From the sequence record OM337876.1: a stretch of 64,000 nucleotides of DNA. One strand, 5' to 3'. Below the pieces are notes generated by a model. It ran no database searches, had not been told where the DNA came from, and saw nothing but the letters and a program-made list of their open reading frames with translations. The position numbers and the translations under genes were made by a program. Positions 1 through 9,206 of the stretch are shown piece after piece. Within the stretch, counting starts at the first letter, position 1. Every line of letters starts with the position of its first letter. This DNA comes from Klebsiella phage KP182.

Positions 1-1
1 T

Positions 2-178
2 GTTGAAATGGTGCAGGGTTCTGTAGAGCAGTCTGTAACGGAATCTGCCGATATAAATACTATCGACAAAGAAGCAGACGGTTTAAACTTCACAACTGAA
101 GCAGTAGAAGAAACTCCTGCGACTAAAACCCCATCCGTTATGGATGCTTATGTGGCCCAAGCGGCTCGTCTTTCTTAA
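2..178 (+). CDS. 22: Prohead core scaffold protein gp22, C-terminal fragment (5' partial)
   Basis: Acidic open frame ending TAA at 176-178 directly upstream of gene 23; the position matches the T4 map. Confidence 0.5.
   Translation, partial: VEMVQGSVEQSVTESADINTIDKEADGLNFTTEAVEETPATKTPSVMDAYVAQAARLS
52..59 (+). promoter_or_regulatory. T4 late promoter TATAAATA inside the gene 22 3' end (for gene 23)
   Basis: Exact match 140 nt upstream of the gene 23 ATG. Confidence 0.45.
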
Positions 179-198
179 TTTAAAAGGTTATACAACAC

Positions 199-1758
199 AT
201 GAAAAAGAATAAACTTATCGAAAAATGGCAGCCGCTGCTTGAGAACGAAGCTCTGCCGGAAATTGTTGGCGCTAGCAAAAAAGCTCTGATCGCTAAGATT
301 TTTGAAAACCAGGAAGCTGATATTAATCAGGCTCCAGAATACCGCGATGAAAAAATCGCTGAAGCATTTGGTTCTTTCCTGTCTGAAGCAGAAATTGGCG
401 GTGACCACGGTTATGATGCACAGAACATCGCAGCTGGTCAGACCTCTGGTGCTGTAACCCAGATTGGCCCGGCAGTTATGGGTATGGTTCGTCGTGCTAT
501 CCCTAACCTGATTGCTTTCGATATCTGTGGTGTACAGCCGATGTCTAACCCAACCGGTCAGGTATTCGCTCTCCGCGCTGTTTACGGCAAAGACCCTCTG
601 GCTGCTGGTGCTAAAGAAGCTTTCCATCCGATGTACGCTCCGGATGCAATGTTCTCTGGTCAGGGTGCAACCGAGAAGTTTGAAGCAGTTAAAGCTGGTG
701 CTGCTCTGACTGTTGGTGATATCGTTGTTCACGATTTCGCACAGACCGGTCGTGCTCATCTGCAGGTTGTTGAAGATTTCACTGTAGACGCTGGTGCTAC
801 CGATGCTGCTAAACTGGACGCTGCAGTTACTGCTGCTCTGGAAGCTGGTAAAGTTGTAGAAATCGCCGAAGGTATGGCTACTTCCGTTGCTGAACTGCAA
901 GAAGCATTTAACGGTTCTAAAGATAACCCGTGGAATGAAATGGGCTTCCGTATCGATAAACAAACTATCGAAGCGAAATCTCGTCAGCTGAAAGCACAGT
1001 ATTCCATCGAACTGGCTCAGGACCTCCGTGCTGTTCACGGTATGGACGCTGATGCTGAATTGAGTTCAATCCTGGCTACCGAAATTATGCTGGAAATCAA
1101 CCGTGAAGTTGTTGACTGGATTAACTACTCCGCTCAGGTTGGTAAATCTGGTATGACCCAGACTGTTGGTTCTAAAGCCGGTGTATTCGACTTCCAAGAC
1201 CCGATTGATATCCGTGGTGCTCGTTGGGCAGGTGAAAGCTTTAAAGCTCTGCTGTTCCAGATTGACAAAGAATCCGCTGAAATCGCCCGTCAGACCGGTC
1301 GCGGTGAAGGTAACTTCATTATCGCTTCCCGTAACGTAGTTAACGTACTGGCAGCTGTTGATACCAACGTATCTCCGGCAGCTCAGGGTCTGGGTCGTGG
1401 TTATAATACCGACACCACTAAAGCAGTATTTGCTGGTGTTCTGGGTGGTCGCTACCGTGTATACATCGACCAGTATGCTCGTCAGGATTACTTCACCATC
1501 GGTTATAAAGGTGCTAACGAAATGGATGCTGGTATCTACTATGCTCCGTATGTTGCACTGACCCCGCTGCGTGGTTCCGATCCGAAGAACTTCCAACCGG
1601 TCATGGGGTTCAAAACCCGTTACGGTATCGGTATTAACCCGTTCGCCGATTCTGCTGCTCAACAGCCGAAAGGTCGTATTACCTCTGGTATGCCTTCTAT
1701 CGTCAACTCTGTTGGTAAGAATGCTTACTTCCGTCGTGTATGGGTTAAAGGTATCTAA
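199..1758 (+). CDS. 23: Major capsid protein gp23
   Basis: 519 aa with strong T4 gp23 signature; followed by hairpin terminator at 1768-1797. Confidence 0.97.
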   Translation: MKKNKLIEKWQPLLENEALPEIVGASKKALIAKIFENQEADINQAPEYRDEKIAEAFGSFLSEAEIGGDHGYDAQNIAAGQTSGAVTQIGPAVMGMVRRAIPNLIAFDICGVQPMSNPTGQVFALRAVYGKDPLAAGAKEAFHPMYAPDAMFSGQGATEKFEAVKAGAALTVGDIVVHDFAQTGRAHLQVVEDFTVDAGATDAAKLDAAVTAALEAGKVVEIAEGMATSVAELQEAFNGSKDNPWNEMGFRIDKQTIEAKSRQLKAQYSIELAQDLRAVHGMDADAELSSILATEIMLEINREVVDWINYSAQVGKSGMTQTVGSKAGVFDFQDPIDIRGARWAGESFKALLFQIDKESAEIARQTGRGEGNFIIASRNVVNVLAAVDTNVSPAAQGLGRGYNTDTTKAVFAGVLGGRYRVYIDQYARQDYFTIGYKGANEMDAGIYYAPYVALTPLRGSDPKNFQPVMGFKTRYGIGINPFADSAAQQPKGRITSGMPSIVNSVGKNAYFRRVWVKGI

Positions 1759-1767
1759 TACCAATAA

Positions 1768-1797
1768 GGGAGCCTTCGGGCTCCCTTTAGTTGTTTT
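1768..1797 (+). terminator. Rho-independent terminator GGGAGCC-UUCG-GGCUCCC + U-run after gene 23
   Basis: Hairpin followed by a T-run. Confidence 0.7.
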
Positions 1798-1803
1798 AAT
1801 GGA

Positions 1804-1811
1804 TATAAATA
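1804..1811 (+). promoter_or_regulatory. T4 late promoter TATAAATA for gene 24
   Basis: Exact match 29 nt upstream of the ATG. Confidence 0.65.
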
Positions 1812-1839
1812 AACTTATAAATCCACAGAGGAAAGCGCA

Positions 1840-3120
1840 ATGGCTAAAATCAACGAACTTCTGCGCGAGTCAACTACAACGAGTAGCAACTTAATTGGTC
1901 GCCCTAATCTCGTTGCATTAACGCGCGCAACTACTAAATTAATCTATACCGATCTTGTTGCTACACAGCGTACTAAACAGCCTGTAGCAGCACTGTATGG
2001 TATTAAATATCTTAACCCTAATGGTGACCTGACGTTTAATACAGGTGCAACTTATGCAGGTCAAATCGGGGCGCCAGAACGTGAGTCAATTGAAGAACTC
2101 ACTATGGCAAATAAAGACTCATTCAATAAAGACGATATGTTCAAATATCAGAATGTGGTCTTTAAAGTACTTAAAGATAGCCCGTTTACCGATACAGCAG
2201 AAACCGATGAATTTGGACTTGTATCTGAAGCGGTAGCAGCTAATAATATTCGTATGTTGTCAGATGCTGCAGTCACTGAAAAATTTGAAGGACCTGATTC
2301 AGACCCAATCACCGAAGCCAGTTTTAAAATTGATAAATGGCAGACCCAGGTTAAATCACGTAAGCTTAAAACAGATTTAACGGTAGAATTAGCTCAAGAT
2401 TTAGAAGCTAACGGGTTCGATGCTCCAGAGCTTATTGATGATTTACTTGCTACTGAAATGGCAGAAGACATTAATAAAGACATCTTACAATCATTGATTA
2501 CGGTTTCTTCTCGGTTTAAAGTAGCTGGTGTATCCGATAAGGGTGTATTAGATTTAACTAAACAAGATTCTGCTCCGGAACAAGGTCGTACTCTGTACCG
2601 TTTCATTTGTGAAATGAATTCAGCAGTTCAACGTAATACTTCTTATTCTGGTACTTATGCAGTAGCATCTACTCGTTGTGCTGCGGTGCTGGCAGCTTCC
2701 GGTTGGTTAACACAGAAGAATGATGGCACTATTCCGGACAACGCGTACGGTATGCTGAATAACGGTTTACCTCTTTATTGTGATACTAACAGCCCAGTTG
2801 ATTACGTTATTGTTGGTGTTAAGGCAGAATTTGGTGGGAAGGAAACTGTAGGTTCTTTATTTTATGCGCCATATACCGAAGGCTTGGATTTAGACGACCC
2901 TGAGCATGTTGGTGCATTTAAAGTTATTGTTGACCCAGCTAGCTTGCAGCCTTCTGTTGCTTTACTGGTACGATATGCGCTGTCAGTTAACCCATATACT
3001 GTAGGATTGGACGAGGACGAAGCTCGTGTGATTAATGCTGCGGATATGGATAAGATGGCAGGAAGAAGTAAGATGTCTGTACTGCTCGGTGTTAAGTTAC
3101 CTAAGCTTATTGCGGACTAA
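1840..3120 (+). CDS. 24: Head vertex protein gp24
   Basis: 426 aa gp23 paralogue; late promoter TATAAATA at 1804-1811; terminator at 3126-3148. Confidence 0.95.
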   Translation: MAKINELLRESTTTSSNLIGRPNLVALTRATTKLIYTDLVATQRTKQPVAALYGIKYLNPNGDLTFNTGATYAGQIGAPERESIEELTMANKDSFNKDDMFKYQNVVFKVLKDSPFTDTAETDEFGLVSEAVAANNIRMLSDAAVTEKFEGPDSDPITEASFKIDKWQTQVKSRKLKTDLTVELAQDLEANGFDAPELIDDLLATEMAEDINKDILQSLITVSSRFKVAGVSDKGVLDLTKQDSAPEQGRTLYRFICEMNSAVQRNTSYSGTYAVASTRCAAVLAASGWLTQKNDGTIPDNAYGMLNNGLPLYCDTNSPVDYVIVGVKAEFGGKETVGSLFYAPYTEGLDLDDPEHVGAFKVIVDPASLQPSVALLVRYALSVNPYTVGLDEDEARVINAADMDKMAGRSKMSVLLGVKLPKLIAD

Positions 3121-3125
3121 TTTAC

Positions 3126-3148
3126 GGGGAGCTTCGGCTCCCCTTTTG
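3126..3148 (+). terminator. Rho-independent terminator GGGGAGC-UUCG-GCUCCCC + U4 after gene 24
   Basis: Hairpin followed by a T-run. Confidence 0.65.
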
Positions 3149-3697
3149 CTATAAACTAAATATGTCAAACCTCGAGGAGTATTCCTCCTCGAGGGATTTA
3201 AACACGTTCTTATCATAGAGGTTGACGCATTCTATTCCATGTCTACGGGCTATATCAACAGCTACTCTCGTCCCTCCAGATACACTCCCACATCTTTTTT
3301 CAGGCGCCCAATATAATACCTTATCTACAGGCTCAGTGCATTCTAGGCCCAATACCTGCATAGAATTCCGTGCGAATAATGTCTGCACTATCTTCGAGCA
3401 TTCATCCCAGTACGACGTAACTTCTCTCGCCTTAATGATGCTTTTGATTTTGGCTTCGTTTGATAATTCAGACCATACAACAACACCTGTATCAGGAAAG
3501 TGGCCACAAAAGCCAGAGTAAGGAATAATCCTACAAGAATTTGACCTATCGTATTTTGCCAACCACGCTTCATCTGAACCCGGAGCTCCACCTGAATATG
3601 AAAAATGCCCCTCTTCCGAGAGGCGTTGACCTATTATAGTCATTAGACTCAGAACTCTGCGTGGCGCTTCTCTTGAACCAATCAGCGCCAGCCTCAT
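3149..3697 (-). CDS. SLOG-superfamily (DprA/Smf- or YpsA-like) Rossmann-fold protein; not a T4 core gene at this position
   Basis: 182 aa with 'ALIGSREAP' and 'SGGAPGSDEAWL' motifs resembling the DprA/LOG nucleotide-binding fold; the T4 24.2/24.3 slot normally holds much smaller ORFs. Confidence 0.45.
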   Translation of the reverse strand: MRLALIGSREAPRRVLSLMTIIGQRLSEEGHFSYSGGAPGSDEAWLAKYDRSNSCRIIPYSGFCGHFPDTGVVVWSELSNEAKIKSIIKAREVTSYWDECSKIVQTLFARNSMQVLGLECTEPVDKVLYWAPEKRCGSVSGGTRVAVDIARRHGIECVNLYDKNVFKSLEEEYSSRFDIFSL

Positions 3698-4704
3698 TAT
3701 TCTAAAACCTCATGCCATTTACTACGAATAGTGTTTTGAATTAAAATAGTCAGTTCTTTCTTAACTGCAGAAGGATTATCAGCGAATAACATATCGTGAC
3801 CTTCACGAGCTGCTTCGTTAATGATATCTTTCATAGTCAGTCCCATAACACGACCGAAATCTTTAGCAGTTACAGTACCAATATGAGACAGAACGTTACT
3901 TACACGGTTCCAGGTTACATACTCGGAAAAGATTTCCAGAACACGCTTATCAGTATCAGTGAGTTCAACCTTAGCTTTAATAGGCTTATCAGATTTAGCT
4001 TTCTCGCTGAACTTAGAATTCTTGCACTTAATAGCTACACGGGTACCGTTATTAAAGAATTTAGGATTAACCGGTTTAAGAACATAGCCTTCAGCTACAC
4101 CGGTTTCAGAAGAAGCCTGTGGACCGAACACATGTTTATTTGCATGTTCAAGGTCAGTCGTGTCAACAAGTTCATTGTAGTAATTGACAATAGATTTAAA
4201 GTCATTTACATACTGAGATAATTCAGCGAATGAACCACGACCAAGCAGTGGAGCTAATTTAAGACCAAGACCAGTAGCAAACGATTCTACTACATAATCG
4301 TCCCAATAAACTTTTTCATTACCGGAGTCCGACAGGATATCAAACACGTAGAAATCTTTCACACCATAATCTACGCCTTTCTGAATACCGCCGCCAGCAA
4401 ATTCGCCAAAGATTTGAACAGATACTAAATCCATGGCATTTAGCATGTTCTGCATCTTAACGAAAGAATCCTTGTACTTCTTCATGATAATCTCATGACC
4501 AAAGAAGCTTTCACCTTCTAAAATAGGACCAGTACGCTTAGCCGGAACAATTTCGGTAGGGGTAATAATCACACTGAAGTTAGTGCCATGAATCTTCTCA
4601 CGAGCTACCCACTCAACAGTATGCATATCAAAACCAGCACCACGAATTTTCTCGATGAACTTATTGTTGTAATGGTTCTCGAGACTAGAATATTTTGCAA
4701 ACAT
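3697..4704 (-). CDS. rnlB: RNA ligase 2 (Rnl2)
   Basis: 335 aa with KIHGTN adenylation motif; colinear with T4 Rnl2 ('MF.KYSSLENHYN.KFIEK...WVAREKIHGTNFS'). Confidence 0.93.
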   Translation of the reverse strand: MFAKYSSLENHYNNKFIEKIRGAGFDMHTVEWVAREKIHGTNFSVIITPTEIVPAKRTGPILEGESFFGHEIIMKKYKDSFVKMQNMLNAMDLVSVQIFGEFAGGGIQKGVDYGVKDFYVFDILSDSGNEKVYWDDYVVESFATGLGLKLAPLLGRGSFAELSQYVNDFKSIVNYYNELVDTTDLEHANKHVFGPQASSETGVAEGYVLKPVNPKFFNNGTRVAIKCKNSKFSEKAKSDKPIKAKVELTDTDKRVLEIFSEYVTWNRVSNVLSHIGTVTAKDFGRVMGLTMKDIINEAAREGHDMLFADNPSAVKKELTILIQNTIRSKWHEVLE

Positions 4705-4713
4705 TATATTTCC

Positions 4714-4971
4714 TTAGAATGTGATTTTCATAAAGTCAGTATCACCATTACGCTGGGCACTGGTATAATTTGTAACAAATCCTTCATCATGCAAATAATT
4801 AAGAACACTTGTAATATGTTTCTTAACTAGACTGCTAGGATACATAATTAGCTCACGCTTACCCGCTAAAGCGGTTTTCTCAATTTGAGTTAATACTTCT
4901 TCTTTTGCTGCACTCAATTCTTCTGTAGCAACATTAATAGCTGTATTAGCCATTCTATCGGCAAGGTTCAT
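4714..4971 (-). CDS. Hypothetical protein (85 aa)
   Basis: ORF co-oriented and tightly packed with rnlB. Confidence 0.55.
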   Translation of the reverse strand: MNLADRMANTAINVATEELSAAKEEVLTQIEKTALAGKRELIMYPSSLVKKHITSVLNYLHDEGFVTNYTSAQRNGDTDFMKITF

Positions 4972-5084
4972 AATTTTTCTCTCAATAAATAATATAAAAC
5001 CAGGAGTCTATCTATCCTGGGCAAGGGTAATGGTATTAGAGAATTTCCCCTGAGCCCATTATACCACGTCCAAACTTAAAGCAA

Positions 5085-5414
5085 TTAATATCCGCTCGGC
5101 ACGAAGCGGTACACCAGATGGCCGTGTTTATTTCGCATGATTTCAAATTGACTTTTGCTTCCAACTTCCAATACTAATGGAATATCTTTATCCATCAGCA
5201 TCCAATCAATTTTTCCATACCGTTCATTAATCAAATCCGTTATTTTACGTGCACCACTTTTATAGTAGTAAGAACTCTGAACAGCCATCATTTTACTAAC
5301 AAATTTAGATGCAAACAACCAGACATTTACCCCATTAGCAGCTGGCGTAAATTTCTTAGAAAGCATTTCTTCAAATCGTTCTACTACAATTGGGTCTGCT
5401 TTAGGCATTTTCAT
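5085..5414 (-). CDS. Hypothetical protein (109 aa)
   Basis: ORF whose start overlaps the stop of the upstream HTH gene (TTATGA). Confidence 0.55.
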   Translation of the reverse strand: MKMPKADPIVVERFEEMLSKKFTPAANGVNVWLFASKFVSKMMAVQSSYYYKSGARKITDLINERYGKIDWMLMDKDIPLVLEVGSKSQFEIMRNKHGHLVYRFVPSGY

Positions 5415-5638
5415 AATAACCTCATATGTTTAACAAGTTTCTTATGACGAGATTTTATACCAACGTTTGTTAAGCGTTTCCGATATACGACTTTTTCTTT
5501 TTGCTTAAACCGTTCGTGTGCTTTCTCAACTGAGACCCACAATTTAGCAGCTTCCGCTGGAGTGATATCTAATGCTCTCGCAATTTCTTGAAAATCTTTA
5601 CCGCTTTCATGCATTAAGTGAGCTTGTAGTGCTTTCAT
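5414..5638 (-). CDS. Small helix-turn-helix DNA-binding protein (74 aa)
   Basis: RBS GAGG precedes ATG at 5638; 'DFQEIARALDITPAEAAKLW' is a classical HTH. The longer tracked ORF (to 5806) runs into the hoc 3' end and hoc terminator, so the internal start is preferred. Confidence 0.5.
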
Positions 5639-5687
5639 AATAACCTCATCTATGTGACGAGGACATAATAAACCAATCCGTGAATAG

Positions 5688-5712
5688 CAAAAAAGGGAGC
5701 CCGAAGGCTCCC
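5688..5712 (-). terminator. Rho-independent terminator GGGAGCC-UUCG-GGCUCCC + U6 after hoc
   Basis: Hairpin followed by a U-run on the minus strand. Confidence 0.65.
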
Positions 5713-5717
5713 GAATA

Positions 5718-6842
5718 TTAAGGATAGATAATACCTGCTTCCAGCGCAGTACGATGAACAATGTATCCATTTCTAGATTCTTGTACATCGACTTCTGGAT
5801 AATCATCTAGCATTTTAGCCAGAGTATACCGGTGCAGGTAATAATCGCTGTCAGGGTCGTCGAGTTTCCAATCTTTGCCCTCAACAGTCATTCGCTGGAT
5901 TTCATCCATTACCCACCAACCACACCAGATATAAGCTGTTCCACGGAATGGTAAAGGATGAATATATGGAAGTTCTCCGTCTGGCTCAGGGGCTACTCTT
6001 TTGGTAATAGTTACATTACCAGTTTTAGTGACTGTAACCGGAGTGTAATCTTCTGCGGAAACATCAACAGAAACACCAATCACTTGAGACCCTATATCAG
6101 ACGTGTCAATCACTAAAGTGCTAGTAGAACCTTCTACAGGAGAACCGTCTTTAGTCCAAGAATAAACCCCAGTTGCACCTTCCGGAGCACCGATAACGTT
6201 GGCTTTAAAAGATGCCTCAGAACCCTGTTCGGTCGTAATAGACTCAGGAGTCAAAGTAACTGAAACACCACTCATAGTCTTTTTGGTAAAAGCAACAGCA
6301 ATACCTTTAGTTGCAGTTCCATTATTATAGTCTGGAGCAGAAACCGTTACTTCACAATTCAACGTGTAGCTAGTTTCTGCTGATTCAGTTAAGGTAATTG
6401 TTTTACCAGTTTGACCGGAAATAACAGCAGAGCCACGCTTCCAAACATAAGCAATACTTGCTCCTGACGGCGCTCCAGTAACATTAGCTGTTACTACTTG
6501 AGATTGTCCAATTTCTTTAGAAACAGAGGTCGGGCTCAAAGCTAAAGTAATCGCAGGCATAGTTTTGTTCTTAACTGTCAGGGTAGTTTCTGCTTCAGCC
6601 GTTTCAGGCGCGCCTTCAGCCGGAGTAACAGTAGCAACTACTTTAACAGTCTTACTGCCGGCAGGTCCTGCAGCAACATAATTCATAGCTGCGGTGACAG
6701 AAGATTGTTTTACGCCATTTACTGTCCATACAAACGTTTCTGTGCCTTCAGCTGCGGCTCCAGAAGTTGTTGCAGTAAAATTGGTTGTTGCTCCAATGAC
6801 TGCCGAAGCAGCCAAAGGAGCAATAGATACACTATAAGCCAT
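5718..6842 (-). CDS. hoc: Highly immunogenic outer capsid protein Hoc (Ig-like repeats)
   Basis: 374 aa; the N-terminus is colinear with T4 Hoc (recalled from memory: 'F(T/S)ATPSG...VKVVAT.T'); terminator hairpin at 5688-5712. Confidence 0.9.
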   Translation of the reverse strand: MAYSVSIAPLAASAVIGATTNFTATTSGAAAEGTETFVWTVNGVKQSSVTAAMNYVAAGPAGSKTVKVVATVTPAEGAPETAEAETTLTVKNKTMPAITLALSPTSVSKEIGQSQVVTANVTGAPSGASIAYVWKRGSAVISGQTGKTITLTESAETSYTLNCEVTVSAPDYNNGTATKGIAVAFTKKTMSGVSVTLTPESITTEQGSEASFKANVIGAPEGATGVYSWTKDGSPVEGSTSTLVIDTSDIGSQVIGVSVDVSAEDYTPVTVTKTGNVTITKRVAPEPDGELPYIHPLPFRGTAYIWCGWWVMDEIQRMTVEGKDWKLDDPDSDYYLHRYTLAKMLDDYPEVDVQESRNGYIVHRTALEAGIIYP

Positions 6843-6851
6843 AGGTGTTCC

Positions 6852-7646
6852 TTATTTTAAAGTTACAAATGAAGAATTACGTGTTTCACGAATCATAACA
6901 GACCCGTTTCTTTTGATGTAATAGATTAAACTAAACAGTGTCTGGTGTGCTGATGGGTGTTCAAACGACGTTGGCCGAGATTTCCAATCTGGGTTATCTT
7001 TAATCCATTGGTAAATCCACCATGGAAGAGTAATATATCCTGGGTTCTTACCTAGCAATTGCATATTTGGACTAAAGTTTTCAGGAAGCTCAATGATTTC
7101 GTCTGTTTTAATAATTTTAACTACTTTGTCCATTGCTTTGGAGAATTCTTCAGGGTCCGTGATACTAACCGGAATATTGGTAACTTGTCCTTCATCATCT
7201 ATATGAATAACGCTGTCTCCAATAGGAGCTTCAGCATAAAATCCTTTATCATTGATAGAAGGTGTTTTTACTTCAAACCCTGGGTCATTTACCTTAGGGG
7301 TTTCTTTATAGAAACCTGGGTCAATATCATGAATTTTAATACCAACATTAACTGGAGCGTCAAACAGTAGTTTTGCCTCATCAGACGCTTCATCTTTAAA
7401 TACTGCTTTACCCTCAATTTCATCATCTGCTTGAATTAAATCAGCAATTGACAGCCCATCATTATCTTCTGGCATAGGCTCATCAGCCAATTTAGCCAGT
7501 TCTTTTTCTAAGTCAGCAACCATATTGTCAAATGAACGGGTCTTTTTCAGTTTAATACCGAAAGTTTGGGCATACCCGTCGAGCTTGTCTTTAGCTTCTT
7601 TTTTATCGAGTGCCTGAATTTCTTTGATATAGTCTTTATCTAGCAT
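6852..7646 (-). CDS. inh: Prohead protease inhibitor Inh (inner capsid protein)
   Basis: T4 map position. Start taken at 'MLDKDYIKEI' (ATG 7646) because the tracked N-terminal extension would cross the divergent late promoters and the uvsW start. Confidence 0.75.
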   Translation of the reverse strand: MLDKDYIKEIQALDKKEAKDKLDGYAQTFGIKLKKTRSFDNMVADLEKELAKLADEPMPEDNDGLSIADLIQADDEIEGKAVFKDEASDEAKLLFDAPVNVGIKIHDIDPGFYKETPKVNDPGFEVKTPSINDKGFYAEAPIGDSVIHIDDEGQVTNIPVSITDPEEFSKAMDKVVKIIKTDEIIELPENFSPNMQLLGKNPGYITLPWWIYQWIKDNPDWKSRPTSFEHPSAHQTLFSLIYYIKRNGSVMIRETRNSSFVTLK

Positions 7647-7666
7647 TAGTTGTGCCTCGTGTGATG

Positions 7667-7674
7667 TATAAATA
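7667..7674 (+). promoter_or_regulatory. T4 late promoter TATAAATA for uvsW
   Basis: Exact TATAAATA 30 nt upstream of the uvsW start. Confidence 0.7.
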
Positions 7675-7680
7675 TGTTTG

Positions 7681-7688
7681 TATTTATA
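7681..7688 (-). promoter_or_regulatory. T4 late promoter (TATAAATA on minus strand) for inh-hoc
   Basis: + strand TATTTATA is the reverse complement of TATAAATA, about 35 nt upstream of the inh ATG; divergent from the uvsW promoter 7 bp away. Confidence 0.65.
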
Positions 7689-7703
7689 ACTGAGGATAGT
7701 ACA

Positions 7704-9206
7704 GTGCACGACATCCAAGTCAAATTTAAAGATTTTAGTCATGTTCATATTGAGTGTGATGACTCGATTTTCTATGAACTCAGAGACTATTTTAGCTTCG
7801 AAGCCGATGGATACAGATTCAACCCGAAATATCGCTATGGACATTGGGATGGACGAATTCGTCTGCTAGATTATAATCGTCTCTTACCGTTTGGTCTTGT
7901 TGGCCAAATCAGAAAATTCGCTGACCAATTCGGATATAAGGTTTATTTCGATCCAGCTATATTCGAGCAAGAAACTCTTTCGCGGGAGGATTTTGATAAT
8001 TGGTTGTCAACTAAAGAAATTTATTCAGGATTAACTAAGATTGAACCTCACTGGTATCAGAAAGATGCTGTATATGAAGGTCTAGTTAATCGACGTAGAA
8101 TTCTTAATCTTCCAACATCTGCTGGTAAGTCTCTTATCCAGGCATTACTTGCTCGATATTATGTAGAAAATTACGAAGGCAAGGTTCTTATCATCGTTCC
8201 TACCACAGCGTTAGTTGACCAGATGATTGATGATTTTTGTGATTATCGTTTATTTCCTCGCAATGCTATGCTGGGTATTCGAGGTGGTACTGCTCGTGAT
8301 TCGAATGCATTAGTTTATGTATCTACCTGGCAGACCGCTGTTAAGCAGCCTAAAGAATGGTTTTCTCAATTCGGCATGATGATGAATGATGAATGTCATC
8401 TTGCAACAGGAAAGTCAATTTCAACAATCATTGCAGGTCTCACCAATTGCATGTTTAAGTACGGACTGTCTGGTTCTCTTAAAGACGGCAAAGCTAATAT
8501 CATGCAATATGTTGGTATGTTTGGTGAAATCTTCCGTCCAGTATCAACTTCTAAGTTAATGGAAGATGGACAAGTAACTGAGCTTAAAATTAATACAATC
8601 TTCTTAAGATACCCAGATGCAGCCGCAAACGCTTTAAAAGGCAAAACGTATCAAGAAGAAATTAAATTCATCACCAATGTTAAGAAAAGAAATCGTTGGA
8701 TTGCTAATCTTGCTACTAAACTTGCAGCGCGTGACGAAAATGCCTTTGTGATGTTTAAACATGTAGCTCATGGTAAAGAGCTGTTCGAGATGATTAAAGC
8801 TGCGGGTCATGAGCATGTATATTATGTGTCAGGCGAAGTTAATACCGAAACACGTAATGCTTTAAAGGCTATGGCAGAAAACGGAAAGGGAATTATTATC
8901 GTCGCAAGCTACGGTGTATTTTCTACAGGTATTTCTGTTAAAAACCTGCATCATGTAATTTTAGCCCATCCAGTTAAATCGAAGATTATCGTACTCCAAA
9001 CTATTGGTCGTGTTCTTCGTAAGCATAAAGATAAATCTTTGGCTACAGTGTGGGATATCATTGATGACCTGGGCGTAAAGCCGAAGTCAGCCAATGCTAA
9101 AAAGAAATACACACATTTAAACTATTGCTTAAAACATGCATTAGAGCGTATTCAACGATATGCTGATGAAAAATTTAACTACGTAATGAAAACGGTAAAT
9201 CTATGA
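7704..9206 (+). CDS. uvsW: UvsW RNA-DNA/DNA helicase (SF2)
   Basis: Colinear with T4 UvsW (T4 sequence recalled from memory: 'DI.V.F.DFSHV.I.C..S.F.ELRD.FSFEADGYRFNP..RYG.WDGRIRLLDYNRLLPFGLVGQI.KF'). Start preferred at GTG 7704 (RBS GAGGA 7692-7696, matches the T4 N-terminus) rather than ATG 7674. Confidence 0.9.
   Translation: MHDIQVKFKDFSHVHIECDDSIFYELRDYFSFEADGYRFNPKYRYGHWDGRIRLLDYNRLLPFGLVGQIRKFADQFGYKVYFDPAIFEQETLSREDFDNWLSTKEIYSGLTKIEPHWYQKDAVYEGLVNRRRILNLPTSAGKSLIQALLARYYVENYEGKVLIIVPTTALVDQMIDDFCDYRLFPRNAMLGIRGGTARDSNALVYVSTWQTAVKQPKEWFSQFGMMMNDECHLATGKSISTIIAGLTNCMFKYGLSGSLKDGKANIMQYVGMFGEIFRPVSTSKLMEDGQVTELKINTIFLRYPDAAANALKGKTYQEEIKFITNVKKRNRWIANLATKLAARDENAFVMFKHVAHGKELFEMIKAAGHEHVYYVSGEVNTETRNALKAMAENGKGIIIVASYGVFSTGISVKNLHHVILAHPVKSKIIVLQTIGRVLRKHKDKSLATVWDIIDDLGVKPKSANAKKKYTHLNYCLKHALERIQRYADEKFNYVMKTVNL

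Noticed and set aside
6852-7844. 330-aa version of inh from the ORF track
   Set aside because: The N-terminal 66 codons would run through the divergent late promoters and overlap the uvsW start. The internal ATG at 7646 (MLDKDYIKEI) lies downstream of the minus-strand late promoter, so the shorter product is preferred.
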